A stretch of 64,000 nucleotides of DNA. Origin: Rhodothermales bacterium. GTDB taxonomy: Bacteria > Bacteroidota > Rhodothermia > Rhodothermales > Bin80. The position numbers and the translations under genes are program-made. Below, piece after piece: positions 10,036 through 18,965 of the stretch (the first letter of the stretch is position 1; each line of letters begins with the position of its first letter). The DNA is taken from positions 923,571 through 987,570 of the forward strand of contig OZ253559.1 in NCBI GenBank assembly GCA_965262785.1, in the 5' to 3' direction. The notes beneath the pieces were generated by a model. It was given only the letters and a program-made list of their open reading frames with translations. It made no database searches and was not told the DNA's origin.

Positions 10036-12639
10036 ATGCTGCCTCCCTTGCGCCGCTTGGCATGCGGGGTCATTGCCTTGTGCGTAGCGTGGTGCTGCGA
10101 CTGCGCCTGGGCACAGCCGGCGAGTGAGCTGCTCAACACTGGGCAGTACAGCCGGGCCCGGGCGGAATTTCAAGGCTTGCTGGCCCCGGAGGCTGGCGAT
10201 GCCATCGAAGGGTACTTTGAGACGTTCCTCCAAACGGGGGACTACGAGGCCGGTCTGGCACAGGCGGAGCGCTTCCATTCCCGTTGGCCCAACAACGCAC
10301 ATGTACACTATGCTCAGGGTCGCCTGCTGTGGGCCGTGGGCCGTCTGGCCGAGGCTGAAGCGGCCTTTGTCAACGCTATCCGAGCAAAGCCCGACTACTG
10401 GCGTGCAGGGTTTGAAGTGGCCGACCTGTTTGCCGCCACGGGGCAGGAGCGGCGCGCCCGCGGGCTGTATTCCACACTTCGCAACAACCTTCGGCAGGGC
10501 ATATTTACCACGGCAGCCGATATGGCGGTGGGTGCGCAGGCTGCAGCGCGGCTTGAGGAGTACCACGATGCCAACGATGCGCTGTCGACGGCGCTGGCGC
10601 TGGACGAAGGCAACGTTCAGCATCTCCTCTGGCGTGGCGATTTGTACCGCATCACGTACGACGCGGCGCAGGCGCAGGCGCTGTACGAGGAAGCAATGGC
10701 GATCAACCCCCACCGGGCCGAGCTTAGTGTAGCGCTCGCACAGGCTACTGGCAGCTACGCGCGCAAAGAGTCGCTTGCACGTGACGCGCTCAAGAATATG
10801 CCAAACAGCGTCGATGCGCTCAGCCTGCTGGCGTACCTGCATATACTGGACGGACAGATGGACGCGGCCACCTTGCGCCTTCAGGAGGCCCTGGACATTA
10901 ATCCTGCGTCCATGACCGCGCTGGCCCACCTGGCAACAGCACACCATCTGCGGGGCGACACTGCCGCCTTTGCCGAGGTTGAGCTGCGGGCGCACAAGAT
11001 CAACGCGCGACCTTCGGACTTTTATCTGGCGATCAGTGAGGGACTTGCGCTGCGGTTTCGGTACCCGGACGCGGCGTCTATGGCGCTCAAGGCGGTTGAG
11101 GCGGACGCCAACAATGCGGCTGCCAATGCTGAGCTGGGCACCGCGCTTCTGCGGCTCGGCAACAGCGGGCAAGCCCGGCGCTACCTGGAGCGGGCCTATG
11201 AGCGAGACGCATTCAATCTCTTTGTGGCGAACACGCTGAGCCTTTTGGATGAGGCTACGGAGTTTCGGGAGATGGAGAGTGAACACATACGGCTTCGCAT
11301 CCACCACTCGGAGGCAGACGTCTTGGGGCCGGCCATGCTTCGCGAGGCTGAAGCCGCATTCCGGGCGATGGCCTCGCGCTATCCATACCGACCCCAACAC
11401 AAGATTGTTATTGAGGCCTACAACGATGCTGATGACTTTGCTGTCCGCGTTGCGGGAGTCCCGCATATCGGGCTGTTGGGCGTGAGCTTTGGCGACGTCC
11501 TTGCCGTCAATACTCCAGAGGCGCGGGGTGACACGCCGTACAACTGGGCACGGACGCTATGGCATGAAATCGCCCACACGATGGCGATTGGAACGAGCGA
11601 ATTCCATGTGCCGAGGTGGCTTACAGAAGGGCTGTCGGTCTACGAGGAGCAGCGTGCGCACCCTGAGTGGGCGCGCGAGTACGAGCTTCGCTTCTTTATG
11701 GCCTTCGACCGGGACCGGTTGCACCGCCTGGAGGAAATTGACCGGGGGTTTACACGTCCGGCTTTTCCGGGGCAGGTAATGATGAGCTACTACCACGCCT
11801 ACAAGGTCGTGGACTATGTCGTGGAGCATCACGGCTTCGATGCTGTGCTGGATCTCTTGCGTGCGCTGCGCAGCGGCACCACCGAGGAGCAGGCGGTGCA
11901 AGACATTCTGGGTATGACGCGTGCCGCGCTGGATGATGAGTTTCGGAGATCGCTGCGTGTCAGGCGGGCTGAGCTTGCTGATGTGCTGCAGGGATGGCCT
12001 GACATGCTGGCGGAGGAGGTAGCCGGCGGTTCATTGGAGGAGTGGCTGAAGCAGCAGGGGAAGAATTCACTTCTTGGCAGCCTGCAGGCAGGAGCGGAGG
12101 CGCTCTCGCGCAACGAGGACGATGAGGCCGAGGCACGCTTCAAGGAGGCACTGGAAGTCTACCCGCATTTCACCAGTGCGGGCAATGCGTATCAGGGCCT
12201 GGCTGCCGTATACCGGCGGCGCGGCGACGAAGCGGCCCTGGCGAATACGCTGGAGGCCTACCTTGCAGTGACGCCATTCGGGGCAGAAGAGGCGCGAGAG
12301 CTCAGCGCGTTGCATGAGAAGCGCGGGGATTTGGACCGAGCCTTGGAACTCTTGCAGCGCTCGCGCATGACGGCGCCGTATAGTGAGGACGCGCTAACAA
12401 GGGTGGCGGAGCTGTCTGCAGCTCAGGGAGATTTTGCGGCCGAGGTCGAGGCGCGCCGGGCGCTCTTGGCACTGAGTCCGGTGGATATGGCGAGTGCATA
12501 CTTTGAGCTGGCCCAGAGCCTGTATAACGACGATCAGGTTGCCCAAGCCAAGCGGGCAGTGCTGCAGTCGCTGGAGATTGCACCGGGATTTCGGGAGGCA
12601 CAGCAGCTGCTTCTCGCCTGCGTCGGGGAGGGGCGATAG
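10036..12639 (+). CDS. TPR-repeat protein with internal MA-clan zinc peptidase-like domain
   Basis: I prefer the ATG at 10036, which gives the signal-like MLPPLRRLACGVIALCVAWCCDCAWAQ. TPR-like repeats lie at both ends. Centrally there is HExxH plus a downstream Glu (WHEIAHTMAIG...WLTEGLSVYEE). Confidence 0.75.
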   Translation: MLPPLRRLACGVIALCVAWCCDCAWAQPASELLNTGQYSRARAEFQGLLAPEAGDAIEGYFETFLQTGDYEAGLAQAERFHSRWPNNAHVHYAQGRLLWAVGRLAEAEAAFVNAIRAKPDYWRAGFEVADLFAATGQERRARGLYSTLRNNLRQGIFTTAADMAVGAQAAARLEEYHDANDALSTALALDEGNVQHLLWRGDLYRITYDAAQAQALYEEAMAINPHRAELSVALAQATGSYARKESLARDALKNMPNSVDALSLLAYLHILDGQMDAATLRLQEALDINPASMTALAHLATAHHLRGDTAAFAEVELRAHKINARPSDFYLAISEGLALRFRYPDAASMALKAVEADANNAAANAELGTALLRLGNSGQARRYLERAYERDAFNLFVANTLSLLDEATEFREMESEHIRLRIHHSEADVLGPAMLREAEAAFRAMASRYPYRPQHKIVIEAYNDADDFAVRVAGVPHIGLLGVSFGDVLAVNTPEARGDTPYNWARTLWHEIAHTMAIGTSEFHVPRWLTEGLSVYEEQRAHPEWAREYELRFFMAFDRDRLHRLEEIDRGFTRPAFPGQVMMSYYHAYKVVDYVVEHHGFDAVLDLLRALRSGTTEEQAVQDILGMTRAALDDEFRRSLRVRRAELADVLQGWPDMLAEEVAGGSLEEWLKQQGKNSLLGSLQAGAEALSRNEDDEAEARFKEALEVYPHFTSAGNAYQGLAAVYRRRGDEAALANTLEAYLAVTPFGAEEARELSALHEKRGDLDRALELLQRSRMTAPYSEDALTRVAELSAAQGDFAAEVEARRALLALSPVDMASAYFELAQSLYNDDQVAQAKRAVLQSLEIAPGFREAQQLLLACVGEGR

Positions 12640-12642
12640 CGC

Positions 12643-13359
12643 ATGGCAGCCATCGGTATCTTGCGTTTAGCGCTGTGCGGGCTCGCGCTCCTGGTAGCGG
12701 GCGAGGTGTACGCCCAGGCAGACTATGGCTTTCGCTTTGCGCGCATACGGTTTGAGAGCCCCTACGGAGGGCGCGGCAGGGGAGGCGCCGTCTGGGCGCA
12801 CGACTACCCCACGGCAGAGGAAAACTTCTACACCGCACTGGAGCGCACCACGACCATCCATGTTGAAGAGCCCTACCTGGTACTTGATCTTAAGGATGAT
12901 CGCATCTTTGATAACCCCGTGCTGTACCTGTGTGAGCCTGGCTACTGGCAGATGGATGACGAGGATGCTGCGCAGCTGCGCAAGTATCTGGAGCGTGGCG
13001 GGTTTATCCTGTTTGATGATTTCAGAGGGGACTACGAGTGGGTCAACCTCTATGAGCAGATGCAGCGTGTCCTCCCGGGCAACGAGCCTGTGGAGCTCCC
13101 TCCAACACATCCCATATGGTCGATCTATTTTGACATCGATCCGGTGGCGGCTCCGTCCCTTGTCAGCGGATACCAAGGTTCCACGACGGCGGATCGGTAT
13201 ATGGGCTATTTTGACGAGGCGGGGCGCCTGATGGCGTTGGCAAATCACAACCAGGACATTGGAGACGGCTGGGAGTATCCCAACAGAGACTTCGCCAACG
13301 CGTCCACGGTGAGCTTTCAGATGGGCATCAACTTCGTCATGTATGCGCTGACGCACTAG
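12643..13359 (+). CDS. DUF4159 domain-containing protein
   Basis: 238 aa with a signal peptide. The blocks FARIRFES...WAHDYPTAEENF, NPVLYLCEPGYW and GGFILFDDFRGDYEW match my recollection of DUF4159 proteins, which neighbour MoxR/Bat-type loci. Confidence 0.7.
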   Translation: MAAIGILRLALCGLALLVAGEVYAQADYGFRFARIRFESPYGGRGRGGAVWAHDYPTAEENFYTALERTTTIHVEEPYLVLDLKDDRIFDNPVLYLCEPGYWQMDDEDAAQLRKYLERGGFILFDDFRGDYEWVNLYEQMQRVLPGNEPVELPPTHPIWSIYFDIDPVAAPSLVSGYQGSTTADRYMGYFDEAGRLMALANHNQDIGDGWEYPNRDFANASTVSFQMGINFVMYALTH

Positions 13360-13483
13360 CCTCCGCGGGCAGTGGCACATTCGCGGCAGCACCGTGTATT
13401 ACTGCCGCTGCAACGCAGGCCGGCGACAGCACGTTTTCGCAGGCTGATCCCGAGCAGCATTCATAGAACACTACATATACCCG

Positions 13484-14500
13484 GTGGCTTTTTCAACGAA
13501 CAACGATAGCACGCAGCTGGAGCGCATGCGTGAAGGCAAGGCGCGCATTCTGAACCAAGTGCGCCGGCGGATTGTAGGCCAGGAGGCGGTCATTGAGCAG
13601 GTGCTCATGGCGCTGTTTGCCGGAGGGCACTGCCTGATCACGGGCGTTCCGGGCTTGGCCAAGACGCTTCTGATTAAGTCGCTGGGAGAGATCCTCGACC
13701 TGTCTTACAAGCGGATTCAGTTCACGCCGGACCTCATGCCCGCTGACATTACGGGCATAGAGATGCTGGAGGACGATCCGGCCACCGGTACGCGCCATCT
13801 GCGCTTTGTGAAAGGCCCCGTCTTTGCAAACATAATTCTGGCGGACGAAATCAACAGGACCTCGCCTAAAACACAGGCGGCGCTACTTGAGGCCATGCAG
13901 GAGTACCAAGTGACCAGCGGCGGCGATGTCTACGTGCTCGACAAGCCGTTTTTCGTGCTTGCTACGCAGAACCCGATTGAGCTTGAAGGCACTTACCCCC
14001 TGCCTGAGGCGCAACTCGACCGGTTCATGTTCAACATCGTGATTGACTACCTGTCGGCCGACGATGAGCTTGAGGTCGCTCTGCAGACTACCTCGCGCGA
14101 AGAGGCAATGCTGGAGACTGTGCTCAGCGGCAAGGACATCTTGGACTTCCAGTCTTTGGTCAAGAAAGTATACGTTCCACAGAATGTCGCGCAGTTTGCG
14201 GTGGACCTCGTGCGCGGCACGCGCCCGAAAGAGCCCGCTGCGCCAGACTTCATCAAGAACTGGGTGAGTTGGGGCGCGGGGCTGCGCGCCGCGCAGTACC
14301 TGCTCTTGGGCGGGAAGGTACGGGCAGCGTTTCGCGGACGCTACAACGTAGCCATTGAGGACATCCGCGCGTTGGCGCACCCGGTACTGCGGCACCGCGT
14401 CATCACGAACTTCTACGCGGAGAGCGAAGGTGAGACGGTAGAGGGTGTCATCGACCGGTTGCTGGAGGTGGTGCGGGAGCCGGTATCTGGGCTGGTATAG
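13484..14500 (+). CDS. moxR: MoxR-family AAA+ ATPase
   Basis: 338 aa. Walker A GVPGLAKT, FTPDLMPADITG, Walker B ILADEINR, and TQNPIELEGTYPLPEAQLDRF typical of MoxR. Confidence 0.92.
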   Translation: MAFSTNNDSTQLERMREGKARILNQVRRRIVGQEAVIEQVLMALFAGGHCLITGVPGLAKTLLIKSLGEILDLSYKRIQFTPDLMPADITGIEMLEDDPATGTRHLRFVKGPVFANIILADEINRTSPKTQAALLEAMQEYQVTSGGDVYVLDKPFFVLATQNPIELEGTYPLPEAQLDRFMFNIVIDYLSADDELEVALQTTSREEAMLETVLSGKDILDFQSLVKKVYVPQNVAQFAVDLVRGTRPKEPAAPDFIKNWVSWGAGLRAAQYLLLGGKVRAAFRGRYNVAIEDIRALAHPVLRHRVITNFYAESEGETVEGVIDRLLEVVREPVSGLV

Positions 14501-14561
14501 CGGGCACGGGTGGCCATAACGTTGCATCCAGCATCCATTGAATTCGGCCTTGTTGGCGCTG

Positions 14562-16659
14562 CTGTACGGAACTTTGTCACTTTATTTTTTCCAAGAGCCA
14601 GTAAGTACCCTTCAGACAGTCACTTACGAAAACTGTCTTTTTCTATAGCACTACCATTTCAGGGTCGTTTTGTGTGCGCCTTGTAGGTGTAGTTGTGAGG
14701 CTTGAGGCCCATAATCATGGCGATCTGGCGCTGGAGCGGACCTTGGTCTGCATCCTTCTTCAACAGAATGCAGGAGCGCCGGTCTGTTGGCAATACGGTC
14801 GTGATCCGGTGCCACCGGTTCAGCTCAAACTGCAGCGTGGTCCAGCTGCTGTGGAGGTCATACTGCTTCAGCTTCGTGCGAATGAGTTGCACCGCCTGAT
14901 AGGCCAGTACCGAGAGGAAGATGTGTGTCCGGATGCGCTCATCCTTGCTGTGGTATAGGGGACGCATGCCCAACTCGGACTTCAGCGAACGAAACGTGCG
15001 CTCGATGTCTGCAAGCTTCCAGTATGTGCGTGCGATTTGCGAGGCAGACCAGTCCGTGTGGCTGGTATGCAGGATGTAGCCGCCCGATGCTTGCGTCTGC
15101 TGCTCAAACGCAGACAGGTGCGTAAAGGTGACCGCCTTCGCGTGCGTACTGTCCTTTTTGCGCAAGACATCGATCTTGTACTGGTACGAGACGCGCTTAT
15201 GCCTTTCGAGCTCGCGACCGAGTCTGCGTTGCACCTTGTCGTATTCCTTGACGCAGCGGGGCTTGGAGAGTCCCTCGTGCAGGGTCTTCAGCGCAGCCTC
15301 GAACTTTGCGCGCCTGGTGTTCAGTATGCGATCACCGGTGGCCTTGCGTGCCTCGCTATGCAGGTAGACTTGCAGCGTTCCCTCTTGCTGCTCCAGGCGC
15401 CAGGCTTTGATGGAGACCCCGCTTTGTGTATTCCAGCACTCCTCCGGCGGGCGTTCAGGGGGTGGCGGCGCCTGCGTGCGCTGCACACAGATCCAATCCA
15501 GTCCCTTCGACCGCAAGTACGCCACATTGGCGCGCGTGGCTATGCCCGCGTCCATGATGACGGTCGCACGAGCGCCATTGAGCCTCTCCATGGCCTGTTG
15601 AAGCGTCTTTGGTTCGCTGGCATTGCCAGCAAGGACGGCTGCGCCACGCACAAAGCCGGACGCGTCCAGCATTAAGGCCAACGTCACCAACGGACAATCC
15701 GATCGCTTTTCCTTGCTTCGTCCATACGCCAGGAGCGCGCCTTTCTTGCGACCCGTGTAGAATGTGTTGGTCAGATCATACAAGATGAGCGTCTCACTAA
15801 AGCCCAACAGCCGCTGCGCATTGCCATAGAGTCCGTCCATAAGCGCTTCGCGCAGCGCATACAGCCGATCGCCTACGCGGTACAGCGTACTTGCGCACGG
15901 GGCCTCCAGCTGCACCAGCTCCAAAATGGCGGAGGCCTTCATCATCCACTGGTACGTATGCGCCTCACTTCCGGGCGACAACATGCGCCCAACCACCAGA
16001 ACCAGGGCCATGCGAATAGCATCTTCTCGCATGCCCAGCGCGCGTAGCAGCGCCGTGAAGCCGAGTTGCTCCAAGGCTTGCAGGCATACGCGCTCGCCGC
16101 CGACCGTGCGTGTATCCGGATGATGCACTGCGTCGGTAATGATGGCGTCGCGGTCGTCGCGTCCGGCGTCCACATCGTAGTCCTTCTCACGCAGCCGGCG
16201 CACGATCTCGTCCACGGCGCATTCGATCTTCTCATCCTCCAGCGGTAGTGCGCGCTGTCCGCGCAGTGCCAGCTCAACCCGCTTGGTTACGGTGGGCCAG
16301 TCGGCTTCGGCAATGTCAAAGTCCTGTCCAAGGTTCAGGATGGTTTTTTGATTGGGCTGGCCATTGACACGTCGGCATTCGAGCAGTCCGTATCCGGTGC
16401 GTTGCGTTGCATCTTTGAGCTTGTAGACTCTCCTGCGGATGTACACGGCGCAGTCGTATTGGCCTGCGCCCAATATAGCGGGTGGGGGCGTTGTCTGTGT
16501 GAAGTATTGATGAATAACACTAAAATAGCACTACAACAGACTTCGTCAATAATAACGGTTATAAACCCTATGAGTAATAGATGATACTCGAATTCAAATC
16601 GCCTATTTTACCCGTGCCAACACCTCGTCCCTCGGCAAAAGTGACAAACTTCCGTGTAG
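14562..16659 (-). mobile_element. IS1634-family insertion sequence (about 2.1 kb)
   Basis: Imperfect terminal inverted repeats: ctgtacggaactttgtcacttt (14562..14583) against the reverse complement of aaagtgacaaacttccgtgtag (16638..16659), with 3 mismatches in 22. Alternative reading: a 14-bp IR (cggaactttgtcac) flanked by a TGTA direct repeat at 14563-14566 and 16655-16658. It encloses one transposase gene. Confidence 0.7.
14659..16473 (-). CDS. IS1634-family DDE transposase
   Basis: 604 aa. The N-terminus YIRRRVYKLKD...GYGLLECRRVNGQPNQKTILNLG is the typical IS1634 N-terminal pattern. The DDE region includes VIMDAGIAT. Confidence 0.8.
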   Translation of the reverse strand: MGAGQYDCAVYIRRRVYKLKDATQRTGYGLLECRRVNGQPNQKTILNLGQDFDIAEADWPTVTKRVELALRGQRALPLEDEKIECAVDEIVRRLREKDYDVDAGRDDRDAIITDAVHHPDTRTVGGERVCLQALEQLGFTALLRALGMREDAIRMALVLVVGRMLSPGSEAHTYQWMMKASAILELVQLEAPCASTLYRVGDRLYALREALMDGLYGNAQRLLGFSETLILYDLTNTFYTGRKKGALLAYGRSKEKRSDCPLVTLALMLDASGFVRGAAVLAGNASEPKTLQQAMERLNGARATVIMDAGIATRANVAYLRSKGLDWICVQRTQAPPPPERPPEECWNTQSGVSIKAWRLEQQEGTLQVYLHSEARKATGDRILNTRRAKFEAALKTLHEGLSKPRCVKEYDKVQRRLGRELERHKRVSYQYKIDVLRKKDSTHAKAVTFTHLSAFEQQTQASGGYILHTSHTDWSASQIARTYWKLADIERTFRSLKSELGMRPLYHSKDERIRTHIFLSVLAYQAVQLIRTKLKQYDLHSSWTTLQFELNRWHRITTVLPTDRRSCILLKKDADQGPLQRQIAMIMGLKPHNYTYKAHTKRP

Positions 16660-16844
16660 AATTGCTGGCCGGTGCTCGGTGCCAGGAATCGGGGTTGGCA
16701 CTGGTCCAGCTATGGCGCAGCCACGTCGATCCCTCCATGCTGGCCGCGCGCGGATCAGCCAGATGATATTTTGGTGCCCAGGTGGGCCGGAATGAGGCGT
16801 TGCGGAGCGACACCGCAGCCGCTGGACTTCGTCCGCGACGTGCC

Positions 16845-18236
16845 CTACAGCTCTATGCCCTGACCCATTTCGGGCACCAGTACCTCCGTGCCAGGGCATG
16901 CTTTGGCAATGGCTTCGGCCATCCATGCGCGGGCTGCGGTTTCCCCGTGGACCAGGACGGTCTTTTTCGGGCGCAGGTGGCCGACCAAACCGACCAGCTC
17001 CCTGCGGGTGCTGTGACCGCTGAACCGGAACCGCTCAACCTGACAGGCAAGCGGCTGCATGCCCGTTTGCCGGTCCAGGATTACGCCGTCCTGACCTTGC
17101 TCGTTAGCCTGTAGCAGGCGGCCGCCCGGTGAGTCTTCCTTGCAAAAGCCGACCATCAGAATGGCATGCTTTTCTTCCTCCACGAGTAGCTGCGCGAGCT
17201 TGTTCGACATCGTTTTTTCGAACAGCATCCCGCTGGCTAAGACAAAGATGGATGGCTGGTGCGTAGCTTTCAGAATCTTGGCCTGCTTAAATGGAAAGCG
17301 CCGCTGGTCAACCTGATAGACTTCAAACTCCTCATTGATACGCGGCGTGTCATGTCGCGTCTGGTCATAGATCCTGGACACCTCGCGCAGCCCGCCCGCG
17401 GTATACACGGGTACATTCTTGGGTAGCCGTCCCTGTCGTTTGAATCGATCGATAACAGCCAAAACTTCCTGCGCGCGTCCCAGCATGAACACCGGCACCA
17501 GTGCACATCCTTCGCGTGCAATAACGCCTTGGAGTGCCTCGCAGAATCGGTGCTCTTCGGCCTTGCGCGTGGTTAACTCCGCGCGAGGGTCGGCGCCAAG
17601 CGTCGTCTCCGTAATCAGTATATCAATGGGGGGCTCGGGGTAGCACCCGCCGGGGATAATTGCCTGCGAACGCGTATTGGTGTCGCTGGTGTAGAAGAGC
17701 CGACGCTCGCTTCCCTTTTCTGAAAACTGGATCAATACGCCCGAAGATCCAAGCACATGGCCCGCGCTATAGAATTCCGCGGACACTTGTTGGTGGCCCT
17801 GCTGAAGCACGAACGGTGCCTCGTAGTCATGCGTGGAAAAGCGCGCCAGCGTATCCTCCAGTTGTTCTGCATCGAATAGCGGCAAATGCATCGAGGAACC
17901 CTCCCGATACTTGCGCTCCTGCAAGCGTGCGGAAGCAAACAGCATGAATTCCACCAGCGCACGAGTCGCATGCGTCAGGTGCACGTGGACCTGCGGAAAG
18001 TTCTCCACCAATGTGGGCAACCCACCAATATGGTCATGGTGGGCATGCGTGACAAAGACATGGCTGGCATGGTCTGCACCGTAGAGGCTCCGAATCAGGT
18101 CGTACCGTGGCAGGCTGGGAACACCCTCGGCGTTTGGGTCCGCACCGGCATCCAGAACCAGACCGCCCCCGGCAATAGACAGAAAGTGACAACTGGCTCC
18201 GATCTCGTCGGAGCCGCCTAAGCTCAAGAATTGCAT
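16845..18236 (-). CDS. beta-CASP family MBL-fold ribonuclease/hydrolase
   Basis: 463 aa. MQFLSLGGSDEIGASC, THAHHDHIGGLP, and later beta-CASP motifs (..TETTLG.., FSGHSTRREL). Confidence 0.8.
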   Translation of the reverse strand: MQFLSLGGSDEIGASCHFLSIAGGGLVLDAGADPNAEGVPSLPRYDLIRSLYGADHASHVFVTHAHHDHIGGLPTLVENFPQVHVHLTHATRALVEFMLFASARLQERKYREGSSMHLPLFDAEQLEDTLARFSTHDYEAPFVLQQGHQQVSAEFYSAGHVLGSSGVLIQFSEKGSERRLFYTSDTNTRSQAIIPGGCYPEPPIDILITETTLGADPRAELTTRKAEEHRFCEALQGVIAREGCALVPVFMLGRAQEVLAVIDRFKRQGRLPKNVPVYTAGGLREVSRIYDQTRHDTPRINEEFEVYQVDQRRFPFKQAKILKATHQPSIFVLASGMLFEKTMSNKLAQLLVEEEKHAILMVGFCKEDSPGGRLLQANEQGQDGVILDRQTGMQPLACQVERFRFSGHSTRRELVGLVGHLRPKKTVLVHGETAARAWMAEAIAKACPGTEVLVPEMGQGIEL

Positions 18237-18246
18237 GCAGTATGAT

Positions 18247-18276
18247 AGGCCGCCCGTGCCTTGGCCCGGGCGGCCT
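18247..18276 (-). terminator. GC-rich hairpin downstream of the transaldolase gene
   Basis: aggccgcccg (18247..18256) pairs perfectly with cgggcggcct (18267..18276), giving a 10-bp stem and 10-nt loop, 27 nt after the stop at 18303. There is no U-tract, so the terminator function is only suggested. Confidence 0.35.
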
Positions 18277-18302
18277 GCTAAAGAGTTTGCTACGGCATTG
18301 GC

Positions 18303-18965
18303 CTAGGACTTGAAGCTCTTCCAGTCTGCCAGAAAGCGCGCCAGGCCAATGTCCGTGAGCGGGTGTTTGAGCAGCTTTTTGATGACGCCCAGCGGCATCG
18401 TGGCCACGTGCGCTCCCATTAGTGCCGCCTCAACGACATGAATGGGATGTCGAATCGAAGCGGCCAGCACCTCCGTCTGGAAGTCGTATTGGTTGTATAT
18501 GGTGATGATTTCTTCCAGCAGCTTCAGGCCGTCGGATGAAATGTCGTCAACGCGTCCAAGAAAGGGGCTGATATAGGCGGCACCGGCCTTCGCTGCAATC
18601 AGCGCCTGCGATGGCGAAAAGCACAGAGTGCAGTTGACGCGGATGCCTTCTGCATCCAGCGCCTTGATAGCTTTGATGCCTTCAAGGATAAGCGGGACCT
18701 TTACCACGACATTGCTGTGGATGGCAGCGAGCGCATGCGCCTCGTGCATGATGCCGGCAAAGTCGACAGCCGTAACCTCCGCGGACACGTCACCGTCGAC
18801 CATCTCGCAGATTCGCAATATTTGCGCATGAAAGTCCAGCGTGCGGCCCACCTTGTCGGCGGCCTTCCTCATGAGCGAAGGGTTGGTGGTGACGCCATCA
18901 AGGACGCCCATATCCTGGGCTTCTTTGACCTCGTCAAGGTCTGCGGTGTCAATGAAGAATTTCAT
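18303..18965 (-). CDS. fsa: Fructose-6-phosphate aldolase / short transaldolase (TalC/Fsa type)
   Basis: 220 aa. MKFFIDTADLDEVKEA, DGVTTNPSL and VVVKVPL are typical of the short transaldolase family. Confidence 0.9.
   Translation of the reverse strand: MKFFIDTADLDEVKEAQDMGVLDGVTTNPSLMRKAADKVGRTLDFHAQILRICEMVDGDVSAEVTAVDFAGIMHEAHALAAIHSNVVVKVPLILEGIKAIKALDAEGIRVNCTLCFSPSQALIAAKAGAAYISPFLGRVDDISSDGLKLLEEIITIYNQYDFQTEVLAASIRHPIHVVEAALMGAHVATMPLGVIKKLLKHPLTDIGLARFLADWKSFKS

Noticed and set aside
10021-11466. 481-aa minus-strand ORF
   Set aside because: It is entirely antisense to the TPR/peptidase gene. It is Arg/Gly/Pro-rich with no motifs, which is typical of a high-GC shadow ORF.
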